NCBI GenBank assembly: GCA_963706955.1
Contig: CAVPOC010000008.1
Location: 480,001 to 544,000, forward strand
DNA length: 64,000 nt
Source: an uncultured Verrucomicrobiae bacterium
GTDB lineage: Bacteria; Verrucomicrobiota; Verrucomicrobiia; Chthoniobacterales; Terrimicrobiaceae
Direction: 5' to 3'
The notes beneath the pieces are model-generated. The model was given only the letters and a program-made list of their open reading frames with translations, was not told the DNA's origin and searched no databases. Shown here piece by piece: positions 1 to 9,127 of the stretch. The position numbers were made by a program, and so were the translations under genes. Position 1 is the first letter of the stretch; the number at the start of each line of letters is the position of its first letter.

Positions 1-317
1 ACGCCCTTGCCGAAGCTTGTGCAGCGTTGGCGAAGGCAACCAATACCTCGCGTATCTGCGTCACGAGAGCCGCCGAGGGCGCGGCGCTCTGGGAGAGTGG
101 CAATCTCCTGTCCGCCCCGGCTCCTAAAGTAGCCGTCAAAGACACGGTGGGCGCGGGCGACTCATTCATGGCTGGCCTCATGGTCGGACTAACCCGTGGA
201 ACCAACACTCAAAAAGTTCTGGAAACTGCTTGCCGTGTGGGCGCCTTCGTTGCCTCGCACGATGGGGCGACGCCCTTGCTACCGCAGGAGATCATTCAGG
301 AATTCAAGAGCGCATAG
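1..317 (+). CDS. PfkB family carbohydrate kinase, 5'-partial (C-terminal part)
   Basis: PfkB signature DTVGAGDSF; frame is open back to the window start. Confidence 0.85.
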   Translation, partial: ALAEACAALAKATNTSRICVTRAAEGAALWESGNLLSAPAPKVAVKDTVGAGDSFMAGLMVGLTRGTNTQKVLETACRVGAFVASHDGATPLLPQEIIQEFKSA

Positions 318-534
318 ACGTAGGTCGTCGCAGGCTCTGTAGCTTTAAGTTCTGCCCGTCGTGACTTAACCTTTTCAAGAAGGCCATCCGGACGTTGGCT
401 AGCTTCACGCGGCCGAAATGCCTGATGGCAACAAGTATTTCTCCTGTCAAGTTTGGTCGAGATTCATAAAAATGCGCCAGTCAGCAGGTCGAAGGCCCTT
501 TGGTTGCGCGGTGGCTTTGCGGACACGCAGCCAG

Positions 535-665
535 CAGGGCGGCAACGCCTCCTACGACGCAGGCGTGAAAATTTTGAATCAGTTTTTCTGCAATTGCCTG
601 ACCAGTTCCTTGAGCGGGACCTCGCGTCGCTGGGCTCGCAGATCATCGAATGCTATGACATTGCG
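535..665 (+). pseudogene. possible frameshifted C-terminal remnant of a DUF4914-like protein
   Basis: YDAGVKILNQFF in one frame continues as QFLERDLASLGSQIIEC in another, resembling the DUF4914 C-terminus as recalled; not verified by search. Confidence 0.3.
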
Positions 666-801
666 ACGGGAGGTGGTTCTCCTTCTGCCTCTCGTCGCTC
701 GTAACACGGCCGCTTAAAGGGATCGCGCTTGGTCTGCGTGTTCAGTCTTTGCGTAGTTGCCACTAGGAATAAATTACTTATAGCGAGTATCTAATACCTA
801 G

Positions 802-886
802 TGCCGGCGGCGGGACTCGAACCCGCACGTCCCTCTCAGGACAAGGGATTTTAAGTCCCTTGCGTCTGCCATTTCGCCACGCCGGC
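802..886 (-). tRNA. tRNA-Leu (anticodon TAA), CCA not encoded
   Basis: Reverse complement GCCGGCG-TGGCGAAATGGCAGACGC-AAGGGA-CTTAAAA-TCCCT-long variable arm-GCGGGTTCGAGTCCCGC-CGCCGGC-A folds as a class II cloverleaf. Confidence 0.97.
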
Positions 887-1179
887 CTATCCTGATAGCA
901 AAACCGTTATGAAAGCGCGCTCGGAGGAACGTTGCCTTTGTTCAACGAGATCTGCAAGGTCGCACTCGGCAAAGCAACGCTCGTAACGCTACCGGAAGCT
1001 TCGTGCGAATAGCAACTGCGACAGCACATGCCGTCTGCCCACTCACTGCGGGATTCCCGAATACGCGCGCGCATCGCGGATCGTGAACGGCAGCGGGAGC
1101 GGCACCACTTGGCGGCAGTGTCCGAGTCTCGTAGGCGTCAAGAACCCGCCGTCAGCCGATTGAGAGCATCCAAAGCAAA

Positions 1180-1608
1180 TCAGCGCCTAGCTGCCTGAAT
1201 AGTCTTTTGAGCTTGTCTGTAGCCGGCCAACATGATCACGACTCCGAGGAGGTTCAGGAAAGGAGGCGGCAGCAGGAGGATCCAGCCGAGCGTAGTTAGC
1301 GATGGGACGGCAACGATGTACGACGGGTCGGTAAATAAGTCGGAAAAGCGCACGCCAGCACTCACGGCAAGCCAAACGGGGTCGGTTCGCCAGCGCCAAA
1401 GCGTGATGGCGTGCGCGAGTGCAAACGCGGCCCACTGACCACCCGAGCGACGCAAGAGAGCAATTTCCAGGCCAGCCGGAGCAGCGATATGGAAGACCCG
1501 AAACCAGATGTCGGGCGCGATCCAAGCCATCACGAAAAGGACGGTATCTTCGACCAAGGCTACCCAGAGATAAGTGAGGATCAGGAGTTTGAGACGTCGC
1601 TCAATCAT
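1180..1608 (-). CDS. hypothetical membrane protein (~142 aa, start taken at MIERRLK)
   Basis: ORF with about four hydrophobic segments; upstream extension in the ORF track looks non-coding. Confidence 0.6.
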   Translation of the reverse strand: MIERRLKLLILTYLWVALVEDTVLFVMAWIAPDIWFRVFHIAAPAGLEIALLRRSGGQWAAFALAHAITLWRWRTDPVWLAVSAGVRFSDLFTDPSYIVAVPSLTTLGWILLLPPPFLNLLGVVIMLAGYRQAQKTIQAARR

Positions 1609-1855
1609 GAACAAATTTACTAACCGATAACGCGCAACAGACCCAACAAGAACGTGAAATTCGGGCTCGCGTTCGGCATTAGGCGCGCGGAATTGGGGAG
1701 CCCATTCAAAAGCGATTAAAGTGTCGATTCGGTAGCCTTGTGGTGGAGCGAAGGGCAGCCACCGTCTCGAGAAAGCGTTACTCAATTCTCTGCAAGCTAG
1801 ATCAGTCAACCAAGTAGTTTGTCTGCAATAGCTGATCTTTAGGAATGTTGTTGTC

Positions 1856-1893
1856 TTTTAAGTCCCTTGCGTCTGCCATTCCGGCACGCCGGC
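1856..1893 (-). repeat. displaced copy of tRNA-Leu 5' half (att-like), 2 mismatches
   Basis: ttttaagtcccttgcgtctgccattccggcacgccggc versus 849-886 of the tRNA. Confidence 0.9.
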
Positions 1894-2042
1894 TGGTGGG
1901 GACAAGCTCCATTTAAGGACCGATTTTGGCGTTTTGCAACGCTCACGCACGAGACCGAGCGCCGGCTCGAACTGGCGAGTCGTTTTTGCACCCTGCCGGC
2001 AGTTTTCCCCAAAAGAAGGTATTCGCTCACGCATCACGTCGC

Positions 2043-3086
2043 TCAGTGCTCATGGCGATGATGGATGTCGGGGTAGTGCGGGTGGGCATGTTTCAGTCGC
2101 GCATGTCGATGTCGATGCGCATGGGGTTCGCCCGGCGGATCAGACGAAGAGTGCTCGTGCCGGTGGTGCTCATCGTGGTAGTGTAGATGTTCGTGTTCCA
2201 GCGGTTCATGAATATGCAGGTGTTCGTGTCGCTCGGTGACGTGCAACCAGACACCGATTGACATGAGAATGCCGGCGGCGATGAACGCCCAGTCGAGTTG
2301 GCCTTGTCCCATGGCGAAGGCGAGCGCAGTTCCGACAAACGGAGCGGTGGAAAAATAGGCTGCCGTGCGAGCGGTGCCAAGATGACGGAGCGCCCGAACG
2401 AAAAGGACGAGGCTCACACCGTAACCAAGGAGCCCGATAGCTGCCACGGCAAGAATAGTATTCAGGGGAGGCAGTTTCGCGCCAATGGTGAGTGCAAGCC
2501 CGATATTTACGGCGCCCGCGACGAGGCCCTTCCACATGGCGATTTGCGATGGATCACTGCCGGAGATCTTACGCGTGAGATTGTTATCAACGCCCCAACA
2601 AAAGCAGGCGGCGGCGATCAGAAGCGCGCCGCTGGAGAGAGCAAGCTCACCTGTCCGAGGTAGCGAAAGAAAAACAGCCCCCAAAGTGATGAGCGCGAAC
2701 CCCGCACCCACGCGTCGGTCCACGTTTTCACGAAATGCTATCCATGCGATTGCCGCGGTCGCGACTGCCTCCAGATTGAGAAGGAGGGATGCGGCGCTTG
2801 CCGAAGTATTCATTAGCCCCAGCATGAAGAGTGCCGGCCCAACCACACCCCCGGCAAGGATGGCCCCTGCGAGCCACGGAAAGTCTGCCCGCGAAAGCGG
2901 AGTCTCTGTCGTTTGCCTAAAGCGAATCGCTCGCACAGCGAAGAGGCCGATTCCTGAACTAAGATAAAGCAGACCCGCGACGAGCAGCGGGCTTGCAGAA
3001 GAAAGAGCAAGTTTTGCCAAAGGAGTGCTCGCACCAAAGAGGACCGCTGCGCCAAGTGCGAGCAGGATGCCGGGCTCTCGTTTCAT
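2043..3086 (-). CDS. EamA/DMT family transporter with His-rich C-terminal tail
   Basis: About ten TM segments in two EamA-like halves; tail HEHLHIHEPLEHEHLHYHDEHHRHEH...HHRHEH. Confidence 0.88.
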   Translation of the reverse strand: MKREPGILLALGAAVLFGASTPLAKLALSSASPLLVAGLLYLSSGIGLFAVRAIRFRQTTETPLSRADFPWLAGAILAGGVVGPALFMLGLMNTSASAASLLLNLEAVATAAIAWIAFRENVDRRVGAGFALITLGAVFLSLPRTGELALSSGALLIAAACFCWGVDNNLTRKISGSDPSQIAMWKGLVAGAVNIGLALTIGAKLPPLNTILAVAAIGLLGYGVSLVLFVRALRHLGTARTAAYFSTAPFVGTALAFAMGQGQLDWAFIAAGILMSIGVWLHVTERHEHLHIHEPLEHEHLHYHDEHHRHEHSSSDPPGEPHAHRHRHARLKHAHPHYPDIHHRHEH

Positions 3087-3170
3087 ACGTCCTTCAAATC
3101 CGAAGATCACCTCGTCCGCGGGTTTGTCGATGTCACAGATACGCAGGGCAAGTTCTCCGCAGATGCAGCT

Positions 3171-4340
3171 CTATTTGGGAGGTTCATTTGAGCCAATGTC
3201 GAATGACCACCGAGCTTCGGTCTTCCTTCCATTGACGGTGGCACTCACGATCACTGTGACTTGGCGAGCGTAAGTCTTCTGCGTCATCTTGTAGGATACG
3301 AGCTTAGTCTCGGGATCATAGGTTGCCGGCACTAAGCCTAGCCCGCTGATTCGCATGGTGACACTCTTGGGGTCAAGACTGCCAAACGTCGCAAGATTGG
3401 CTTTAATTTCCGGAGGCTCATTCACGGTCTCGCCATCCTTTGGCTGCGTAATCATCGTGACAGCAGCAGGTAAGACCTCACCATCGCTACCTTCGACGGC
3501 TCCCGTGAAATTCAACGCCTCTGCGAAAACTTTCGGTTTTGTCGACTCAATACCATAACGTCCCAGCGTCATCGGATCGGCCCCGAAGGCGATCCTCCGG
3601 CCCCACACGGTAAATGCTGCCTCGTAGCCGGCCTGTTTGACGACATCACGGACGCTCTGATTATGGAGTCCATATGGATATGCGAATGCCTTCACTTGAA
3701 TGCCTAGATTTCGCTCGAGGATTTCCTTTGAGCCTGCGATCTCGGCTTTCAGCCAGGCGAGATACTGCTCGTCGCTCTTTCCCTTTCTAGCGTTCAGCGC
3801 ACTGTGGGAAACGGTGTGGCTTTCAATGTCCACGCCCGCGTCGCGCATCTCGGCGAGCTGATCCCAACCGATGGATTGTCCTCCGGATTTCGGTCCTCCC
3901 TTTATGTAGTTGGTGTAAATGAACATCGTAAAGGGATAGCCAAATTTCTTCAGAATCGGCCACGCCACCTTGTATCCTGAAAGGTATCCGTCATCGATGC
4001 TAATGATGGCAGCCTTTTCCGGGATGCTTCTTTCTCCTCGTCTCCAGGCCAAAAAGTCCTCCATAGAAATCACGGTGATCCCCTTATCTTTAAGCGCCTG
4101 CATTTGGATCTCAAAATCGACAGGCTTGATCGCAAGGCTGTCCTTCGGCCGGTCCTCAAATCGGTGATAACAAAGCACGATGACTTGTGATTTTAGATCG
4201 ATAGGTTCCGGAACGGGCGCCGCAGACTGAGCAGGAGTAGCTTTGGCCACGTCCTGGGCGGGAACCTGCACGGGCCGGGGATTCTTCCTGCAGCCGGCGA
4301 CAGCGAGAAAAAATACCCAGATAACGGCAAGTACACGCAT
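3171..4340 (-). CDS. polysaccharide deacetylase (CE4/NodB), probable lipoprotein with C-terminal beta domain
   Basis: LCYHRF, SIDDG, ESHTVSH and FAYPYG motifs; N-terminal MRVLAVIWVFFLAVAGC lipobox-like signal. Confidence 0.88.
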   Translation of the reverse strand: MRVLAVIWVFFLAVAGCRKNPRPVQVPAQDVAKATPAQSAAPVPEPIDLKSQVIVLCYHRFEDRPKDSLAIKPVDFEIQMQALKDKGITVISMEDFLAWRRGERSIPEKAAIISIDDGYLSGYKVAWPILKKFGYPFTMFIYTNYIKGGPKSGGQSIGWDQLAEMRDAGVDIESHTVSHSALNARKGKSDEQYLAWLKAEIAGSKEILERNLGIQVKAFAYPYGLHNQSVRDVVKQAGYEAAFTVWGRRIAFGADPMTLGRYGIESTKPKVFAEALNFTGAVEGSDGEVLPAAVTMITQPKDGETVNEPPEIKANLATFGSLDPKSVTMRISGLGLVPATYDPETKLVSYKMTQKTYARQVTVIVSATVNGRKTEARWSFDIGSNEPPK

Positions 4341-4755
4341 GGATCTTCTCGCCAGCCATCCGCAACCCCGTTTGTCGCGATGGCGTCGTTTGAAAAGCGG
4401 TAAAAACGATACCCTACCGTCTCGCAGGAATTCGGAGTCGTTCGAGCACACACGAGAGGCAACGCCGGTCTTGATGGGCCGCAGGACGCTTCCGGATGAC
4501 AAGGTTGTAAATGCCCTCTCCATCGCCCGCTATGATGTTAACTACCATTCTAATCTGGGCACTGCTCTTTTAAACTCCTCTCTTTTCCAATTGATTTCAG
4601 AGTGCGCCCGTGCTCGTTCGATCGGGTTACGCGAGTCGCGAAACGATCGACTCCGGTTTCAAAAGCCACAATATCTGTTACGCTATTCGCTGACACGTGA
4701 CACGCGGTAATTATAAAATGCTATTTAGAAGCGACTTGAGTTATTACTATAATGT

Positions 4756-4794
4756 ATTTTAAGTCCCTTGCGTCTGCCATTTCGCCACGCCGGC
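4756..4794 (-). repeat. displaced exact 39-bp copy of tRNA-Leu 5' half (att-like)
   Basis: attttaagtcccttgcgtctgccatttcgccacgccggc is identical to 848-886. Confidence 0.95.
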
Positions 4795-4921
4795 TTTCTT
4801 CGATCGACCAGTTATAGATCGTGGACGTAGAGAACCCTGCCCTTGTTCCAAATGATGTGCAAGGTCGGAAGGTTCGCCGCAATCCGGTTGGAAAATCAGC
4901 AGCTCTCGTGATGGCACTAAG

Positions 4922-5289
4922 CTGAAGGCTGGGTGCAAATTCATTCCCATATATCCCGCAAGCGTTCTCGGCATCCCCTTCCTCAAGCTCTTGCATTCCG
5001 ATCTTCTCAAAGTCCGGCTCTCGTCCGCGGCGCTCGGGCAGTTAAGCTTCGCCGCTAGCCATCCGTAAGACGCCCTGTTCCGTTTCCCTGGGTAGGGTCC
5101 CAAGTGTCTGCCAGCTTTCGCGCACCTCGGCCTAGGCGACCCCTCCAGCTCCTTTATTCCCAACGCGCCGGCTTTCGTCTCACATGCCTAGTATGCCGCC
5201 GCATACTCCAATCTTAAACTCCTCGCCTTGCCACCATCTAGCGCTCACACCTGACCCCTTGTGAGCCGTTTTGCACACTGACCCCAGTT
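4922..5289 (-). mobile_element. internally deleted RAYT-like (Y1) element remnant
   Basis: Minus strand 5226-5181 reads ARSLRLEYAAAY*..HV (compare MARQIRIEFPGAIYHV at 63165), joined to a C-terminus-like SYGWLAAKLNCPSAADESRTLRR...NLHP; bounded by CTGACCCC motifs at 5251 and 5278. Confidence 0.65.
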
Positions 5290-5444
5290 TGCTCGGTACC
5301 CTCGGAAGCGGCCCTCACATCCAGAACTGCCACCATTTCTTGTTTAACTTGCGCTGCCGATCGGCTTCCGTTGTCCGCTGGCCGGTGCGGAGTTCTGAAG
5401 TGGTCGGGTCTTCGGGCGAACAGGACGGACTCGATCCGCTTGCC

Positions 5445-6479
5445 TCAGCCGAGGCGAACCCCTTCGATCACTCCCACAACGGAGTCGGTCGAACCATCCA
5501 TCGCCCAAAAGGCCGACCGGCGGACATCTAGCTCCACCGAGGTTCTGGCTGCGAATGCTCCCTCGATCAGCGCCACTTTGGCTAGATCCTCGGCCGGGGC
5601 CTGGTGCAGGGGGATGGCGTAGGTGGCGCCACCGGTCTCGACGACGAAGATGGGAAAGCCGCGCCGGCGTTGGATGCCAATCCGATCGGGGGCAGCCGAG
5701 GGGACCAACCGGGTCCCGTATGCCTCGTCGATGACAGTGATCTTGGCGGGGCCTTCCTTGCGGAGCAGGTGGGTGGTTTCGTCTTCCTCAATGCGCCACA
5801 CCATCCCGGTCGCCAGGACCGTGATCGTGGGGTTTACAAAGCTGGGAATCCCGACCGAGTCGTAGGCGGTTTGGAGTGAGGCGGACCAGGTTACGGCGTC
5901 GAGGTCACCGCTGACGGAGGGATCAATGCCGCCGAGGACAGCATAGTCCAGCTCGAGTTCCACCTCCCACCGGTAGAGCAAACGGGTCGGGTCGATGGGG
6001 ACTGCTTGCCGGGTGAGGTCTCCGCTTGAGGGAGAGGTGACCCAATGCCAAAGCTCGAAATGAAGGTGGTCCCCGGCGTCATGATGATCAACCGAGGCAA
6101 TCGGCTCGCCCGTCAACACCCGGTCGCCGACATTCTTGGGGCCGGGGACGATGTGGATGTACTGGGTGGCGAAGGCAGCGCCGTCGTCGTGGTGGGTGAT
6201 GGTGAGCTGGGCCGAGCTCTTGTCGACGATGATGCCCGCGTAGGCGGCAAAGACGCAGTTGCCTTCACCAGATGCCAGATCGAACGCCTCGTGGATGCGG
6301 TGCAAGCCCGGTACGCCATCGGGTTCTATCGAGGCGAAATGATCGCTGGAGCAGGTCGCGGAGGGTGAGCCCTGCAACCGGGCCATACCCCACCGCCCAC
6401 CGGGGGCCCGGAGGCGCAGCGGGTAGTCGAGCGGTGGGGACAGCATGAACCCGCTGGTCACAGTCGCTTGGTGTGTCAT
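5445..6479 (-). CDS. M23 family metallopeptidase domain protein with uncharacterised C-terminal half
   Basis: HEAFD (HxxxD), TQYIH, VGDRVLTGEPIA and HLHFE (HxH) motifs. Confidence 0.8.
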   Translation of the reverse strand: MTHQATVTSGFMLSPPLDYPLRLRAPGGRWGMARLQGSPSATCSSDHFASIEPDGVPGLHRIHEAFDLASGEGNCVFAAYAGIIVDKSSAQLTITHHDDGAAFATQYIHIVPGPKNVGDRVLTGEPIASVDHHDAGDHLHFELWHWVTSPSSGDLTRQAVPIDPTRLLYRWEVELELDYAVLGGIDPSVSGDLDAVTWSASLQTAYDSVGIPSFVNPTITVLATGMVWRIEEDETTHLLRKEGPAKITVIDEAYGTRLVPSAAPDRIGIQRRRGFPIFVVETGGATYAIPLHQAPAEDLAKVALIEGAFAARTSVELDVRRSAFWAMDGSTDSVVGVIEGVRLG

Positions 6480-6796
6480 ATCGGCGATTTTGAATAACGC
6501 CCCGGAAAGGTTCAATCGAGATTATCGACGCTTGGCTTGAAGAGTGGCGAAGAATGATCCCTCCAAACCAACGGAGCGCTCCATTATCGCAGATATCACC
6601 GCCCTGCTACCAGGGTTGTCGGAGGATGGAACGCGCAGGGTTCAGGCCGAGGTCAATATTGCACTAGCAGGGAAACAACACTGGGGGTCAGGGCAGTTTG
6701 TTAGAGATGAACATATCTTAGGCATTCACTCTCCATCACACCGACCGGCCGACGCTGCTCGAAGTTCACTCTTGACGAATCGGGGACATTACACGG

Positions 6797-7195
6797 ATGC
6801 TGTGTTCGCACAGGCGGAGACGACCCTTGAGAAGTTACACGGTGCTCGCGATTCTCATGAGCGCATTGCTCGTTGCATGTGCCGGGCGGCCCCACGACTC
6901 GGGCGTAGGGTTCGTTCTCAAATCAACAGATTTTGCCGATCCGTGTACGGAGGACCCAGGGAACTACCCCGCGATCTATGACAATGATAGCTCGAATCGC
7001 GTCGACGTCAGCTTCAAGATCGTCAACACGGGCGGCTCCAATGTCTTCGTTGTGGACACTGGGTTCGTAATCCCACCGGTCGGGCCGACCCAACGGCCTC
7101 GCATTATCCGTATGACCGTCGCTCCGGGAGATAAAATTAAGCTACGCGGCCAGGGGGCTAACTGCGCCTGGACTGTCATCGTCTGGCCGCATTGA
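6797..7195 (+). CDS. hypothetical lipoprotein
   Basis: Basic N-terminus, hydrophobic stretch and LLVAC lipobox; beta-rich mature part. Confidence 0.6.
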   Translation: MLCSHRRRRPLRSYTVLAILMSALLVACAGRPHDSGVGFVLKSTDFADPCTEDPGNYPAIYDNDSSNRVDVSFKIVNTGGSNVFVVDTGFVIPPVGPTQRPRIIRMTVAPGDKIKLRGQGANCAWTVIVWPH

Positions 7196-7238
7196 CCACA
7201 ACACACGCGGGCTAACCCGCATGTCTCGCAAGGGGAAC

Positions 7239-7372
7239 AACTGGGGTCAGGGTGCAAGTTCACTCCAGTATATACAGCGAGCGTTCTCGGCAGCCTCTTC
7301 GTTAGTCTCTTTCATTCCGATCTTCTCAAAGTCCGGCTCTCGTCTGCGGCCCTTGGGTAGTTGAGCCTCGCC
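7239..7372 (-). mobile_element. 3'-end remnant of a second RAYT-like element with GGGGTCAG end motif
   Basis: 7250-7372 is an imperfect direct repeat of 4931-5053; aactggggtcagggtgcaa (7239-7257) is an 18/19 inverted match to 5271-5289. Confidence 0.65.
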
Positions 7373-7401
7373 TATCTACGCAATGTTTCGCTTTGCAGGC
7401 G

Positions 7402-7614
7402 CTAGTCTTTTGCCTGGCGCCCGATGAGCGTGCGACGAGCAGTATCCACGCGGAAATTGGAATGCATTTCGGCAAGCGTGTCAGCCTGCGTGTCCTTTGA
7501 GTCGATGTCTAAGGACAAGTGCTGCGCGATGAGTGGCACAATGCTTGCTTTCGGATCCACCTGAACGACGCTTAGGATGTCGCCATTTGCGTCGTAGTAA
7601 ACGGTTGCTTTCAC
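7402..7614 (-). CDS. hypothetical protein (70 aa)
   Basis: GGAGGT Shine-Dalgarno before GTG; 12 bp downstream of the preceding gene. Confidence 0.65.
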   Translation of the reverse strand: MKATVYYDANGDILSVVQVDPKASIVPLIAQHLSLDIDSKDTQADTLAEMHSNFRVDTARRTLIGRQAKD

Positions 7615-7626
7615 TATTGCTACCTC

Positions 7627-7986
7627 CTACGGTAAATCGGTAAACATCGCATAGAGCACGTAAGTTGCCACGAAGCGAGCGCCGGGAGGCGGGTTTCCTG
7701 CGTCGTGGCACGTAATCGGAACAATGTGGCTAAGACTTGTGTCTGGTTCCTGAACGATGATGACCGGACTGATTTGCAAACCTGCTTTCGCTGTCGCGAC
7801 GCCCGGATCATCAGGATTGACTCTGACAACGAGCGGAATCGCTTGCCATTCCACGAGATACTTTGGCTCCGCTTTTTCGCTAAGATTAGGATTGAATGGT
7901 GAATGCACGTTGGTTATGTACCATCTGGTTGTCGATCCCGACTTGATGGTAGCTACAAATTGCTTAACAACCGTTGTGGCCATCAC
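7627..7986 (-). CDS. hypothetical beta-rich protein (~118 aa)
   Basis: Strong AAGGAGG Shine-Dalgarno; natural protein-like composition. Confidence 0.7.
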   Translation of the reverse strand: MMATTVVKQFVATIKSGSTTRWYITNVHSPFNPNLSEKAEPKYLVEWQAIPLVVRVNPDDPGVATAKAGLQISPVIIVQEPDTSLSHIVPITCHDAGNPPPGARFVATYVLYAMFTDLP

Positions 7987-8263
7987 GAGCTCCTCCTTAA
8001 GGCATAGGTTCGGTCACGCTTAAATCGACAAATGATGCGTGCTGTGCACCCAAAGGTGACTAATCGAAATCGTGTTCGGGTGTCGCGAATGCCCTTGAGA
8101 ATCAGCGTTCGCATACGGCAAACCTAACGGAACGAGATGTGCGTGTCAATCTTAGGCGGGCTAAAGCGTTGCTGGGCCGTTCTGATGTTACGCCGAGCAG
8201 CCGCCGAATCGCGAATCGCCCAATGCCGGCCTCGGAAGCGCGCTGGCGAGCGGGAATTTTTAT

Positions 8264-8611
8264 GTGCACTATCGCCCGGGAGAATTTGTCAAGGCTCCTG
8301 AAGGGACCAAGTTCTTTGTTTTCGAATCATTGGAGTATGCCGACGAGTTCGTGGGAAAGAACATTCGTCTGCAAATCTGGAAGGCTACCGCAAAAGGGTT
8401 GGACGTCCCGCCGAGGAGAATTCGCGGCCCGACCCATTCAATCGACATTCTCGACTTCTGGCGGACCAACAATCGCGGGAAATCCTACGGTCTATTCGCC
8501 GGTTATCGGAAGCCGCGAGGCACCTTGTGGGCTGATGAGCTTCGGCTCGACGAGCGCATCGTGTCTTACCGTTCTGTCGAAATGCCAGCCGAGATGTCCA
8601 CGACCTTGTAG
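8264..8611 (+). CDS. hypothetical protein (start uncertain)
   Basis: Protein-like ORF with no recognised motif. Confidence 0.4.
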   Translation: MHYRPGEFVKAPEGTKFFVFESLEYADEFVGKNIRLQIWKATAKGLDVPPRRIRGPTHSIDILDFWRTNNRGKSYGLFAGYRKPRGTLWADELRLDERIVSYRSVEMPAEMSTTL

Positions 8612-9127
8612 ACGGTCTTCTGGCTGTCAACAGCATCCGACAACTCAAATGCAATCATGCAATTTAGGCCTTTTTCTTAGTTCTCGGAGGCTCTCGGATC
8701 CACTATGCAAACGAAATCACCTTACGTTGTCAGCCGATGCGATCAAATCGACTTCGCATACCGGGCTCACGATTCACGGAGGGGATCAAGAACTTCTTGC
8801 CCAATAAGCTAGTGCTAGGAGGAGCAAAGTCCAATGACTTCGAGTAAGTTCGAACGCGAGTCGATGCAGCAACTGCCGCAATGCTCCGAGCAGTTGCCGG
8901 AGTGTCCCGTCGAGCAGAGTCTTCCGGCGAGGACGCCGGAAATTGCACGCGCGGATTCGCCGAGGGGCGAATGCGCTCCCCAGAAATTTCGAGTGCTGCA
9001 TTTCTCGGTCATTGGGCGCCTGAAGCTCGCTAGCAAACGTCTCCTCCCCCAAGCCCAGCCCTTAAACGGAGGACGCTCTAAGCTTCTGACTAGCTTAGAT
9101 TTCGTCTGAGGTGATTACTGTCGGTCT

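Noticed and set aside
887..4755. Autonomous prophage or ICE at tRNA-Leu
   Set aside because: No integrase, phage or conjugation genes lie between the tRNA fragments.
6544..6981. 145-aa ORF as a full gene
   Set aside because: It crosses the GGGGGTCAG motif at 6681 and overlaps the lipoprotein ORF; at most the first ~45 codons may be a gene fragment.
4931..7372. 123-bp direct repeat as a target duplication or att pair flanking the M23 cluster
   Set aside because: Better explained as 3' ends of two RAYT-like gene remnants.
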